This document shows positions 29,448-38,440 of a stretch of DNA of 46,593 nt, piece by piece. Both the position numbers and the translations under genes were made by a program. The DNA is from Chloroflexota bacterium (GTDB taxonomy: Archaea > Iainarchaeota > Iainarchaeia > Iainarchaeales > GCA-2688035): positions 1-46,593 of the forward strand of contig JAFCCG010000002.1 in NCBI GenBank assembly GCA_017610335.1, read 5' to 3'. The notes under the pieces were generated by a model that saw nothing but the letters and a program-made list of their open reading frames with translations, was not told the origin of the DNA and made no database searches. The stretch's first letter is position 1, and every line of letters starts with the position of its first letter.

Positions 29448-30185
29448 TCATTTAATTCTTCCAGACGCCGACTTTAGCCTGAATGCAAGCATTGCCCTAA
29501 AGTTTTCCATTGGAACACGCAAATTCATTTTGCTTTTTCCCTTCGGCCTTTTTAGAAAATGAACTTCCACATGGTTTATTTTAAAGCCCTTTCTTGTTGC
29601 TATGGCAAGCATTTCCGCATCAAAAAAACCGTCGTTGTGCTCTGCCTTAATCGCATTATAGCATTGCCTTGTCATAATCTTTGGATAGCCATTTATATCG
29701 CCCAACCTGTAGCCAAGAATAATAAAAGAAAGAATGTTGTACATTTTGCTTTCAAAACGCCTCCAAAAATTATAGCCGCGGCTAATTCTATAGCCCTTGC
29801 ATAAGTCAAGGTCTTGGTCAACAAGCTTTTTGAAAATCTTAACACAGGCATCTGCCTTTACCTCGTTGTCTCCAGCATCATAACCCAAATAATCGCCTTT
29901 TGCGATTTTCAAACCTTGTTTTATTCCAAACCCAAAACCCTTGTTTTTTTTGACGGTCACAATCCTTACTTTGGAACTTTTTAACCTTTCAAGAATTTCA
30001 CCTGTTTTATCCCAAGAACCATTGTTTACGCCAATCAGTTCGTACTTGAATCCTGCTTTGTCAAATTCTTTAATGCGCTCTTTAATGCAGTCTTCGGCAT
30101 TTTCCTCCTCGTTATAGAAAGGAATTGCAAGCGACAAAAAGCCATACTTGTTATTGCTTTTCTCTAACCCTGTTTGATTTTTCAT
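29448..30185 (-). CDS. GT2 glycosyltransferase (DPM1-like)
   Basis: IPFYNEE, NNGSWDKT, NKGFG, FDAEML, RPKGKSK. Confidence 0.88.
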   Translation of the reverse strand: MKNQTGLEKSNNKYGFLSLAIPFYNEEENAEDCIKERIKEFDKAGFKYELIGVNNGSWDKTGEILERLKSSKVRIVTVKKNKGFGFGIKQGLKIAKGDYLGYDAGDNEVKADACVKIFKKLVDQDLDLCKGYRISRGYNFWRRFESKMYNILSFIILGYRLGDINGYPKIMTRQCYNAIKAEHNDGFFDAEMLAIATRKGFKINHVEVHFLKRPKGKSKMNLRVPMENFRAMLAFRLKSASGRIK

Positions 30186-30319
30186 ATTTATTCAAACCCC
30201 TAAAAAGAAATAGCCATATAAATTAAATAATACTGCAAAGATATATAAATTTTTCTCCTTTAAAAAAAACCCGCACACAGGGCAGGCTGGTTTTTTAAAA
30301 CACACAGCGGACAAGTTTT

Positions 30320-31273
30320 TTAAAACACTTTCTTTTTTTCGCCAAGCGTTAAAAGGAATCCGGGAACTCCGAGGAGTATGGTTGCAATAAACACAAGCAA
30401 CGAAAAAGAAACCGCGGAACTTGCAGGAAGAGAAACAAGCGCGAAGAAGAACACCAATGAAAATTCCCTTGTTCCAATTCCATTGAATGCAATCGGCAAA
30501 ATTCCCAAAAGGTTTACTATGGGCATTATAAGGAAAAGGTATTCAAAGGATATTGGAATATTAAGGGACAGGGCAAGAACATAATATTGAATCGCCGAAA
30601 TAACCCATAATAGAACAGTAAGAAGGCCTGCTTTAAGCATTAGTCCCTTTTTTGACTTGTAAATTTTTACGCCGTCAAAAAATTCATCAAGGCCCCCTTT
30701 TATTTTTTCGTTAAACCTCTTTGGAATAAAAAACCTGTAAAATGGCCTGAAGACAACAAAAACAAGATTTTTTTTTGTCAAAAGATATGTACACGCAAGA
30801 AAAAGCAAAAATATTGCAAGAATTGGAATAAAAAGGTCAACATCAAAAATCAAAAAAGAGGACATCACAAAAATCCCTAAAAGGGTTAATGCAAAAAGCA
30901 CGGCAACATCAAAAAAGCGCTCAACAACAACCGCCAAAAGCCCTTTGCCAACACTAACCGTTGTTTTGTCAGAAATATAAACACATTTTATTACATCGCC
31001 TGACTTGCCGGGAGTAATAATTGAAAAGAAAAACCCAATAAGCCAGATTTTTGCAGAATCCAAAATGCCCAACTTTACCCCAAAGCCATTTACTAAAAGC
31101 GATTGCTTGTATGCTTTGAGCAAAATGATTGGAACCAAAATCAGCAAAGCAATTGCAAAAAGCAATAAATTCATCTGCAAAAAGCTTTGGATTATATTAT
31201 CAATTCCAATTGCCCAAATGATATAGGCAAAAACAGCAAGCCCTACCAGCCCAAAATACTTTATGTATTTCAT
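30320..31273 (-). CDS. UPF0104/AglD2-like flippase (lysylphosphatidylglycerol synthase TM region)
   Basis: ITPGKSGD, ERFFD, PIAFNGIGTRE; start reassigned to ATG 31273 because the upstream extension is tandem repeat. Confidence 0.85.
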   Translation of the reverse strand: MKYIKYFGLVGLAVFAYIIWAIGIDNIIQSFLQMNLLLFAIALLILVPIILLKAYKQSLLVNGFGVKLGILDSAKIWLIGFFFSIITPGKSGDVIKCVYISDKTTVSVGKGLLAVVVERFFDVAVLFALTLLGIFVMSSFLIFDVDLFIPILAIFLLFLACTYLLTKKNLVFVVFRPFYRFFIPKRFNEKIKGGLDEFFDGVKIYKSKKGLMLKAGLLTVLLWVISAIQYYVLALSLNIPISFEYLFLIMPIVNLLGILPIAFNGIGTREFSLVFFFALVSLPASSAVSFSLLVFIATILLGVPGFLLTLGEKKKVF

Positions 31274-31392
31274 AAAATTAACACCCTTAACGCTTTTGCA
31301 CCCCCAAACCACATAAAATTAACACCCTTAACGCTTTTGCACCCCCAAACCACATAAAATTAACACCCTTAACGCTTTTGCTGCCCAAACCA
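31271..31392. repeat. 41-bp tandem repeat x3 spanning stop codon, RBS and ATG
   Basis: cataaaattaacacccttaacgcttttgcacccccaaacca at 31271 and 31312 (identical); variant at 31353. Confidence 0.95.
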
Positions 31393-32304
31393 TTCAATCG
31401 TTTTTGCAAGGCCTTCTTCAAGCCTGACTTTTGGAGCCCAGCCAAGCTTTTTTTCCGCAAGCGTTATATCGGGCTTTCTTCTTACAGGGTCGTCTTCCGG
31501 AAGGCTTGTGAAAGAAAGTTTGCTTTCACTTTTTGAAATTTTTAAAACTGTTTCTGCAAATTCTTTTACGGTTATTTCATGAGGGTTTCCAATATTAACA
31601 GGCTTACCGTAATCGGATTCCATTAATGCAATTAAGCCCGCAACCAAATCAGTTACAAAGCAAAAAGACCTTGTCTGCAGGCCTTTACCGTAAATTGTAA
31701 TATCCTTTCCGCTTATTGCCTGCATAATAAAATTTGGAGTAACCCTTCCATCGCCAAGCCTCATTCTTGGGCCATATGTATTGAAAATTCTCGCAGTCCT
31801 TGTTTCCAGGCCAAACTTTCCTGCATAGGAAAAAACAAGTGCTTCTGCAAACCTCTTGCTTTCATCATAACAGCTTCTTTCACCAATTGTATTAACGTTT
31901 CCCCAATAGCTTTCCTTCTGCGGATGCTCTAAAGGCTGGCCGTAAACTTCACTTGTTGAAGCCTGCAAAATTCTTGCCTTTTTTTCAACAGCAAGGTCAA
32001 GGCTGTTTTTTACGCCAATTGAATTTGCAAGCATTATTTTAATCGGAATTTTTGAAAAGTCTTTTGGCGAGGCAGGGCTTGCAAGATTGTATACAAAATC
32101 AACCTCTTCTTTAACAGTAAACGAAATGGTTATGTCGTGTTCAAGAAGTGAAAAATTTTTTTCCTGCATTAAATGCTCTATGTTTTGCTTTTGCCCTGTT
32201 AAAAAGTTGTCAACACAAATTACGCGCAGGCCTTTTGAAAGAAGTACTTCACACAAATGGCTTCCAATAAAGCCTGCTCCACCTGTTACAACAGCTGTTT
32301 TCAA
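31369..32304 (-). CDS. UDP-glucuronate decarboxylase (UDP-xylose synthase)
   Basis: GGAGFIGSHL, LASPASP, ASTSEVYG, YWGNVN, RSCYDESKR, DDPVRRKPDI. Confidence 0.92.
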   Translation of the reverse strand: MKTAVVTGGAGFIGSHLCEVLLSKGLRVICVDNFLTGQKQNIEHLMQEKNFSLLEHDITISFTVKEEVDFVYNLASPASPKDFSKIPIKIMLANSIGVKNSLDLAVEKKARILQASTSEVYGQPLEHPQKESYWGNVNTIGERSCYDESKRFAEALVFSYAGKFGLETRTARIFNTYGPRMRLGDGRVTPNFIMQAISGKDITIYGKGLQTRSFCFVTDLVAGLIALMESDYGKPVNIGNPHEITVKEFAETVLKISKSESKLSFTSLPEDDPVRRKPDITLAEKKLGWAPKVRLEEGLAKTIEWFGQQKR

Positions 32305-32338
32305 ACTAGAACACCTGATAAATTGAGTAATAAAAACT

Positions 32339-32439
32339 ATTTAAAGCATCTGCTTGTCTAATGGCCCAAACCATTTAAAGCATCTGCTTGCCCAAAGGCT
32401 CAAACCATTTAAGGCATCTGCTTGCCCAAAGGCTCAAAC
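32339..32439. repeat. 34-bp tandem repeat x3 of the nucleotidyltransferase 3' end
   Basis: atttaaagcatctgcttgcccaaaggctcaaacc-type units at 32339, 32373 and 32407. Confidence 0.93.
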
Positions 32440-33161
32440 TCTTTTCTTGATTTCTCAAGGGCAGAATGCCACCCAATGTCAAACCATTTTTCTTTATAGG
32501 CATATCCATATACCTTATCGTTTTTCAAAAGCCATATCATGAAATAGCCCATTTTGTCAGGGTCGTTTCCTTCTTCAATGAATTTCTTGAAAAGGCTTAC
32601 CTTTTCCTTTGGAAAAAAATATATTCCCAAAGAAATCAGTGTGCTCTTTGGATTTTCATCCTTTTCCTGGAAATCAACAAGCTTTCCTGAACCGTCAATT
32701 ACGCCAATGCCCTGCTGTTTTGCAACCTCAAGGCTTTGGCTGTCCCAAAGCCCGTTCACAACCAGATTTTTCTCTTTGAAGAAACAGTATGCCGGCCTCA
32801 AAGAAAAGTTAAACAGATTGTCGCCTGCCACAACCAAGAGGTTGTCATCGATTTTTTCCTGTTCTATTACAAACTGTATGTCTCCAACCTGACCTTTTCT
32901 GTCCTCATTACTTTTTGTGCCATCGTTCAAAATTTTTATTGAAACATTGCTTGAAAAGCCTTTTAGCCATTGGTCAAAATTTTGAAAGTATTTGCCATTG
33001 CTGACAATAAAAATTTCGCTTACGTTGGGCAATTCCTCAATTCGCTTTACAATGTGTTCAAGAATTGGCCTGCCTTTTACTTCAAGCAATGCCTTTGGCT
33101 TGTTTTCAGTTAAAGGATAGAGCCTTGTTGCATAACCAGCAACAGGAATTATTACCTTCAC
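32409..33161 (-). CDS. Sugar-phosphate nucleotidyltransferase
   Basis: VAGYATRLYPLT..KPKALL, AGDNLF, WFDIG. Confidence 0.9.
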   Translation of the reverse strand: MKVIIPVAGYATRLYPLTENKPKALLEVKGRPILEHIVKRIEELPNVSEIFIVSNGKYFQNFDQWLKGFSSNVSIKILNDGTKSNEDRKGQVGDIQFVIEQEKIDDNLLVVAGDNLFNFSLRPAYCFFKEKNLVVNGLWDSQSLEVAKQQGIGVIDGSGKLVDFQEKDENPKSTLISLGIYFFPKEKVSLFKKFIEEGNDPDKMGYFMIWLLKNDKVYGYAYKEKWFDIGWHSALEKSRKEFEPLGKQMP

Positions 33162-33209
33162 TTAATCAGCCTCTTGAAAACAATCAGCCTCTTGGGAAAT
33201 TGCCATTCC

Positions 33210-34523
33210 TTACAACCTTCCAATGCTTTCGTACTTGAAACCTTTTGCTCTCATTGCAATCGGGTCAAAAATGTTTCTTCCGTCAAAAACAAAAACATCT
33301 TTCATTAACTTTTTCAGTTTATCCAAATCAATTTCCACAAACTGCTTCCATTCAGTCAAAAAAAGCACTGCATCAACCCCTTCAGAAACAGCATACATGT
33401 CTTTACAGTACTCTATTTTATCTCCAAGAATTGCCTTTGCTCTTTCCATTGCCTCTGGGTCAAACGCCTTTACTTTTGCACCCTCTTTTAACAAAGCGTT
33501 TATGATATCAATGCTTGGGGCAAACCTCATGTCATCAGTATTTGGCTTAAATGCAAGTCCAAAAACACCAATTGTTTTGCCATTTAAATTCCACAAAGCA
33601 TCTTCTATAGTTTTTACAAAATTTTCTTTCTGAAACTTATTTACTGCCTGAACTTCTTCCAAAATCTTAAATTTATAACCATTTTTTTCAGAAATTCTGA
33701 TAAATGCTTCCACATCCTTTGGAAAACAAAAACCACCATAACCAATTCCAGCATTCAAAAAACTCGGACCAATTCTTTTATCCAAACCCATTCCCTTTGC
33801 AACCATTGCAATATCAGCACCTGTTTTTTCACAAACGTTTGCAACTGCATTGATAAAGCTTATTTTTGTTGCAAGAAAGCTGTTGCTTGCATGCTTTATC
33901 AATTCAGCACTCTTAATATCTGTAAAAACCATTTCAGCTTTCAAAGGAGCATACAATTCTTCCATTGTCTTTCTTGCATTTTCGTCATTTGACCCAATCA
34001 CAATTCTGTCAGGATTTAAAAAATCCTTTACAGCACTTCCTTCCCTTAAAAATTCAGGATTGCTTACAACAATGTGTTTTATACATTTTCCATTATTATC
34101 TCCGTCATTGCAATCCAGTACCTGGATAATTCTTTCACAGGTTTGAACAGGAACAGTGCTTTTTTCCACTACAATCTTTGGCTTTTTTGCAGCTGCTGCA
34201 ATTCCTCTGGCAACATTTTCAACAAAACTCAAATCTGCTCCACCGCTTGCTTTTGGTGGAGTTCCAACTGCAATAAAAACAACTGTGCTTTTTCTTACAG
34301 CATCATCAAAATCAGTAGTAAAAACAATTTTTCCTTTATTCTTTGCAATTAATTCTTCCAATCCAGGCTCGTAAATCGGTACTTTTCCCTCATTTAGTAT
34401 CTTTATTTTTTCTTTATCAATATCAACACATATAACGTCATGTCCCAGTTCTGCAAAACAAGTGCCTGCAACCAATCCGACATATCCTGTTCCAATAACA
34501 GCTATATTCATTCTGTTTACCAC
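33210..34523 (-). CDS. ugd: UDP-glucose 6-dehydrogenase
   Basis: GTGYVGL, KSTVPV, SNPEFLREG, GYGGFCFPKD; start may be ATG 34511. Confidence 0.92.
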   Translation of the reverse strand: MVNRMNIAVIGTGYVGLVAGTCFAELGHDVICVDIDKEKIKILNEGKVPIYEPGLEELIAKNKGKIVFTTDFDDAVRKSTVVFIAVGTPPKASGGADLSFVENVARGIAAAAKKPKIVVEKSTVPVQTCERIIQVLDCNDGDNNGKCIKHIVVSNPEFLREGSAVKDFLNPDRIVIGSNDENARKTMEELYAPLKAEMVFTDIKSAELIKHASNSFLATKISFINAVANVCEKTGADIAMVAKGMGLDKRIGPSFLNAGIGYGGFCFPKDVEAFIRISEKNGYKFKILEEVQAVNKFQKENFVKTIEDALWNLNGKTIGVFGLAFKPNTDDMRFAPSIDIINALLKEGAKVKAFDPEAMERAKAILGDKIEYCKDMYAVSEGVDAVLFLTEWKQFVEIDLDKLKKLMKDVFVFDGRNIFDPIAMRAKGFKYESIGRL

Positions 34524-34723
34524 CCTAAAAGGAAAAAAGCTAAAACACTTAAAAAGGGTATTTTTTTGATGAATGTATTAGGAGAAAAGAAGGGACTGTT
34601 TAGAGGTTTTTCGCAGCCACCTTACTTAAGAAAAATAATAAATAAAAAATTAAATACACCGAAAGCCAGACATTAATCTGAACTTAAACGCCGCCGCTCC
34701 ACTTACTAGTTCTAAGAAATTTT

Positions 34724-35269
34724 TTAACAGTCAACAAATTTAAATTCAGCCGGTTTTCGAAAGCCTCTTTTTAACAAAATGTCCCGTTCTTTTAGCAGAC
34801 AACTTCTGTTATGGGCAATTGCTTTGTTTAGATCGCCCTTTTCCCATGCTTGCATGCAAAGAAGTCCTTTGTCATTGAATGGATCACCGTATTGTGAAAT
34901 GCTAAGTAGTTTGACAGCAGTTTTCTTTGCTTCAAATTTTTCTTTGTTTAATTCTCTTTCAAACAAAAACTTTGTTTTAAGAAAATGAAAAAGAACACCC
35001 ATTTCAAAATCACAATTAAAAGCATGAAACGGCTTTGTTAAATCGTTTAATACAATAGAAATCCTTTCCTTTAATTTAACCAAATCAGCAGTTTTTTGGG
35101 CAGTAAGAATTCTTAGTTCCTGTCCATTAATATATCCAAAAATTACAGGCTCAATAGCAGCATATTGCCTTGAATCACTAAAACCGCAAGAAAAACCTCC
35201 AATGGTTTCAATGTCAATAATTGTTCCATCAAAAGCAAACTCGTTGCGTTCACAATGCTCCAAAATCAT
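34724..35269 (-). CDS. RNase H-like (YprB/DEDD-type) domain protein
   Basis: IIDIET, HAFNCDFE, HNRSCLLKE pattern. Confidence 0.6.
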   Translation of the reverse strand: MILEHCERNEFAFDGTIIDIETIGGFSCGFSDSRQYAAIEPVIFGYINGQELRILTAQKTADLVKLKERISIVLNDLTKPFHAFNCDFEMGVLFHFLKTKFLFERELNKEKFEAKKTAVKLLSISQYGDPFNDKGLLCMQAWEKGDLNKAIAHNRSCLLKERDILLKRGFRKPAEFKFVDC

Positions 35270-35334
35270 TTTTTACAGCCCCATTAATCAAAAGAGTCAA
35301 GGGATTTAAAAAGAATTAGGGCAAATTCGACAAT

Positions 35335-36186
35335 TTATTCCTTTTCCAAAAACTCTTCCAGAATCTTTTTTTCCAACTTGATTTCTGTTTCAGAAATGTT
35401 TGTTCCGTGTTCAAAAATTATTGGAATTTTATTAAGCTGTTTTATTGCCGCAAGTGATTCAAGTTGTGTTATTGAAGTAATTGGATTGTGTTCGTCTGCT
35501 TTTGGAGCAATGGCCTCAGGCCTGCTCATATGCAAATGAAGCTGGCAGACCTTATCTGCAAAGTGTTTGACGAGATTGTCCAGTCTGCTGCTGAAAAGAG
35601 CATGCCCGACATCCAAAAGCATTTTAAGATCTGGAAATTTTTTAAAAACATTTTCAAAATCCTGTACAGAACTCACAAGTGGAACAGCTGCACAGGGAAT
35701 GTTTTCAATTGCAAAAGAGCAGTTTGTTTCATCTGCCTTTGCAAGACAGCATTCAACCAAGTCAAAAAAGCCTTGCCATGCTTTTTCAATAGGTATTTTT
35801 TCCTTTGGCAAAAACTCATACATAGGACTGGCTCCTTCGACCCATTCAACTTCTTTTCTAAAACCAGGGTGAATTGAAACAATTTTTGCTTCAACAATTT
35901 GCGCAGCCTTAAAAAAATTTTCAACAATTTTTTCATTCTGCTTTGTCAAACCAAGGCTTGCATTAAACCAAAACCTTTTCTCCAAAGGCGGAAAAAGGCC
36001 ATGCACAGTATAATTTTTGTCAGGAAAATCACGCTTTATTCTTTTGACTGCATCCCAAACCTTTGACTCAGGATTGTGCCCTGCTCCAAGCTCTACAGTG
36101 TCAAAACCAAGGCCAAAAACCTTTTTTGCAGACTCATAAACAGGAATTTTTTGAAAACCGTAATAGCTGCTGCTTAAACCAATCAT
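35335..36186 (-). CDS. Sugar phosphate isomerase/epimerase (xylose-isomerase-like TIM barrel)
   Basis: VELG, TVHG, IHPG, AIEN, LLDVGHA, QLHLH, DEH, IFE metal-binding pattern. Confidence 0.82.
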   Translation of the reverse strand: MIGLSSSYYGFQKIPVYESAKKVFGLGFDTVELGAGHNPESKVWDAVKRIKRDFPDKNYTVHGLFPPLEKRFWFNASLGLTKQNEKIVENFFKAAQIVEAKIVSIHPGFRKEVEWVEGASPMYEFLPKEKIPIEKAWQGFFDLVECCLAKADETNCSFAIENIPCAAVPLVSSVQDFENVFKKFPDLKMLLDVGHALFSSRLDNLVKHFADKVCQLHLHMSRPEAIAPKADEHNPITSITQLESLAAIKQLNKIPIIFEHGTNISETEIKLEKKILEEFLEKE

Positions 36187-36488
36187 AAAACCACAAAAAA
36201 TTAAGGAATTGATTCAATTTAAATGATTTGGTGCAGCCATTGGTGGAAAAAACAGAAAAAAAGATAAAGTTTAATTCAAGCCTTTCTTGAGCCCTTTTCC
36301 TAATCCTTTTATGTAATAAATTTATAGAGGCGCCCTTCTTTAAATTTCTTATAAAACACGCAGGTTTCTCTTGGCAAGCACACTAATCATACCGCACAAT
36401 AAAAGAAAGTGACTGTATATAAATAGTATACTCCACAAAAATATATATAAATTTTTTTCTTTTAAAAAACTATATTTTATCCAAGTTA

Positions 36489-38177
36489 TTAAATTGCCTC
36501 AACTTTGTAAAGCCAAATTTTCCAAGGTGAATCATTGCGTTCAAAAACCTTTAACAGCTTTAACCCTGTTTGTTCAGCGTTTAAAATTTCAACAGAAGAA
36601 AATACAAATTCTCCCCCCAATTCCTTTAACGCAACAGTATTCAATTCAAGGTTTTTAACAACCGCATTTAAGTCTTTTGTATAATAATAAGGTAAAGGAA
36701 GCTCTGCAACAAAAACATAGCAACGGCTTCCCCAGCCATCAAAATAACGCTTTAAATGAAGAGGACTTTTATCCAGTTCTTTTTCAATAACCACCCTAAA
36801 CCGGTGCTTGTAATCCAAAGGATAATTTGATTGATAGGAATCAACAGTATAAAATCTATTGTATTGAGCAATGGCAGGATGCAAACCAATACTTACAACT
36901 TTATAACTCTCTTTTGGCAATCCAATAAAGCCATCAATTTCATCAAACAACTTTGTTGAATAAAATTCTCCGTAAGACATTTTGTCAGATAACAAAGTTC
37001 CAATTCCCCCTTCTTGCACACCCCACTCAGTATAACAAAACAAGAACGCAATTTGCAAAAATATAAAAGCCCAGGCAACAATAGGCTTACGTTTCAAAAT
37101 AACTTTTAAAGAAACTGCAAAGGCAATAAACCAAACTACCGGCAGCATAAAAATTACCCTGCCAAAGCCAAAAGTTCTAAGCAAAGAAAAGTTTGCCTTC
37201 AATGGCTCAAGCAAATCAAGCCCCTTCATTATTTCACCAAAAAGGCAAGCTGCAGCAATTATAAAAATAAGCAATAGCAAAAACCTGTTCTTAAATCGCT
37301 GAAAAGCCAATGCAACCAAAACACAAAGAGCAATAATCCAATGCAGGCTTCTGGAATGACCACTGCTAAAAATAAACGACCTGGCGCTTCTGCCAAGAAT
37401 CATTAAAAAATTATTCGGATAACCCAAAAATTCTACACGATGACTAACAAAGTTTGGATTAAAAAACATTAAGTAAACAAGCCTGTATTCTTTCAAAAAA
37501 CTTATTGAAGTCAACAACACTACTGCAAGCAAAAGCTTTTTGTTAAACCGCTTGTGCTTAAACCAATCCCAAGCAAACAAGGCAAAAGAAAAACCCAAAA
37601 AAACAAAACCACCTAAAACAAGGTCAAAAAACAAAGGAACAAACAGCACAATCAGCCAGTCAAAAAACCGGTCATTGTTATGCCTAATGTTAAACAAAGC
37701 ATACAAGGCCAACGGCGTTCCGGCAATAGTCAGACTAATAAGGGGCAAAAAAGGCAACAATGCAAAAGCCGTTGCAACCCCAAGAGCAATGCGCCAATCT
37801 TTAACAAAATATTTTTTTAAAAGCAAAAACATTCCAATCAAAGCAACAACATGCATTATTACAAGGTTTACAACATAAACAGCAAAAGGCGAAAGCAACA
37901 AATACATCCACAAAATAGGATTAAACTCTGAGCCAAAAATATCACGCTGCAAGCCACCCATTACAGCAGGAATTTCTCCAGTTCCCAATGGAGCAAACGC
38001 CTGCCCTGAATCAGCCAAAACCTTGTTGAAAAGCATTACGTTATCAAGATTGTCATTCAACAAAACAGGCGCATCTTCCCATAAAACAAAAAACGGCAAA
38101 AGATACAAACAAACTACTAAAAGCGAAACGCAAAACCACTTAATCTCACGACATTGTTTAAGGTCCATTCTTTTCAA
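36489..38177 (-). CDS. Polytopic membrane protein (DUF6044/YkoS-like, possible GT-C)
   Basis: DNLD loop, SHRVEF, VVSIGLHPAIAQYN, YPLDYKHRFR, WGSRCY; family call from recall. Confidence 0.7.
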   Translation of the reverse strand: MKRMDLKQCREIKWFCVSLLVVCLYLLPFFVLWEDAPVLLNDNLDNVMLFNKVLADSGQAFAPLGTGEIPAVMGGLQRDIFGSEFNPILWMYLLLSPFAVYVVNLVIMHVVALIGMFLLLKKYFVKDWRIALGVATAFALLPFLPLISLTIAGTPLALYALFNIRHNNDRFFDWLIVLFVPLFFDLVLGGFVFLGFSFALFAWDWFKHKRFNKKLLLAVVLLTSISFLKEYRLVYLMFFNPNFVSHRVEFLGYPNNFLMILGRSARSFIFSSGHSRSLHWIIALCVLVALAFQRFKNRFLLLLIFIIAAACLFGEIMKGLDLLEPLKANFSLLRTFGFGRVIFMLPVVWFIAFAVSLKVILKRKPIVAWAFIFLQIAFLFCYTEWGVQEGGIGTLLSDKMSYGEFYSTKLFDEIDGFIGLPKESYKVVSIGLHPAIAQYNRFYTVDSYQSNYPLDYKHRFRVVIEKELDKSPLHLKRYFDGWGSRCYVFVAELPLPYYYTKDLNAVVKNLELNTVALKELGGEFVFSSVEILNAEQTGLKLLKVFERNDSPWKIWLYKVEAI

Positions 38178-38339
38178 CCTCTTTGTTTAAACCTGCAATC
38201 GCAAAAGCAGCCAAGACCATTTGCTGTTCAACTTGCTCAATTCCAGCATTTTAACATTCAACTTAAATGTTTTTTTAAATAGATACGCAATCAATAAAAA
38301 AAAATAAGTTTAACATTAATTCAAATAATGGAACATTAA

Positions 38340-38427
38340 AAAAAGATAAACTTTAATTAACTTAACAGACTCAAAACTTGCCCCCTAGTACAATTAGGAA
38401 AAAGATAAACTTTAATTAACTTAACAG
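38340..38427 (+). promoter_or_regulatory. Duplicated 29-bp BRE/TATA-like block
   Basis: aaaaagataaactttaattaacttaacag is identical at 38340 and 38399; the TATA-like core of the second copy lies about 25-30 nt upstream of ATG 38441. Confidence 0.75.
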
Positions 38428-38440
38428 GCTATTAGTTTTT

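Noticed and set aside
15122-32439. Short repeat arrays (15122, 31271, 32339) as mini-CRISPRs
   Set aside because: Units are copies of adjacent gene ends, spacers are absent or under 20 nt, the arrays have different repeats, and there are no cas genes.
34675-34712. GC-rich patch vaguely like a 5S rRNA fragment
   Set aside because: Too short; the surrounding helices cannot be formed.
36130-36140. agactcataaa match to the predicted TnpB guide
   Set aside because: Only 11 contiguous nt, a mismatch at guide position 2 and no matching TAM-like flank; expected by chance.
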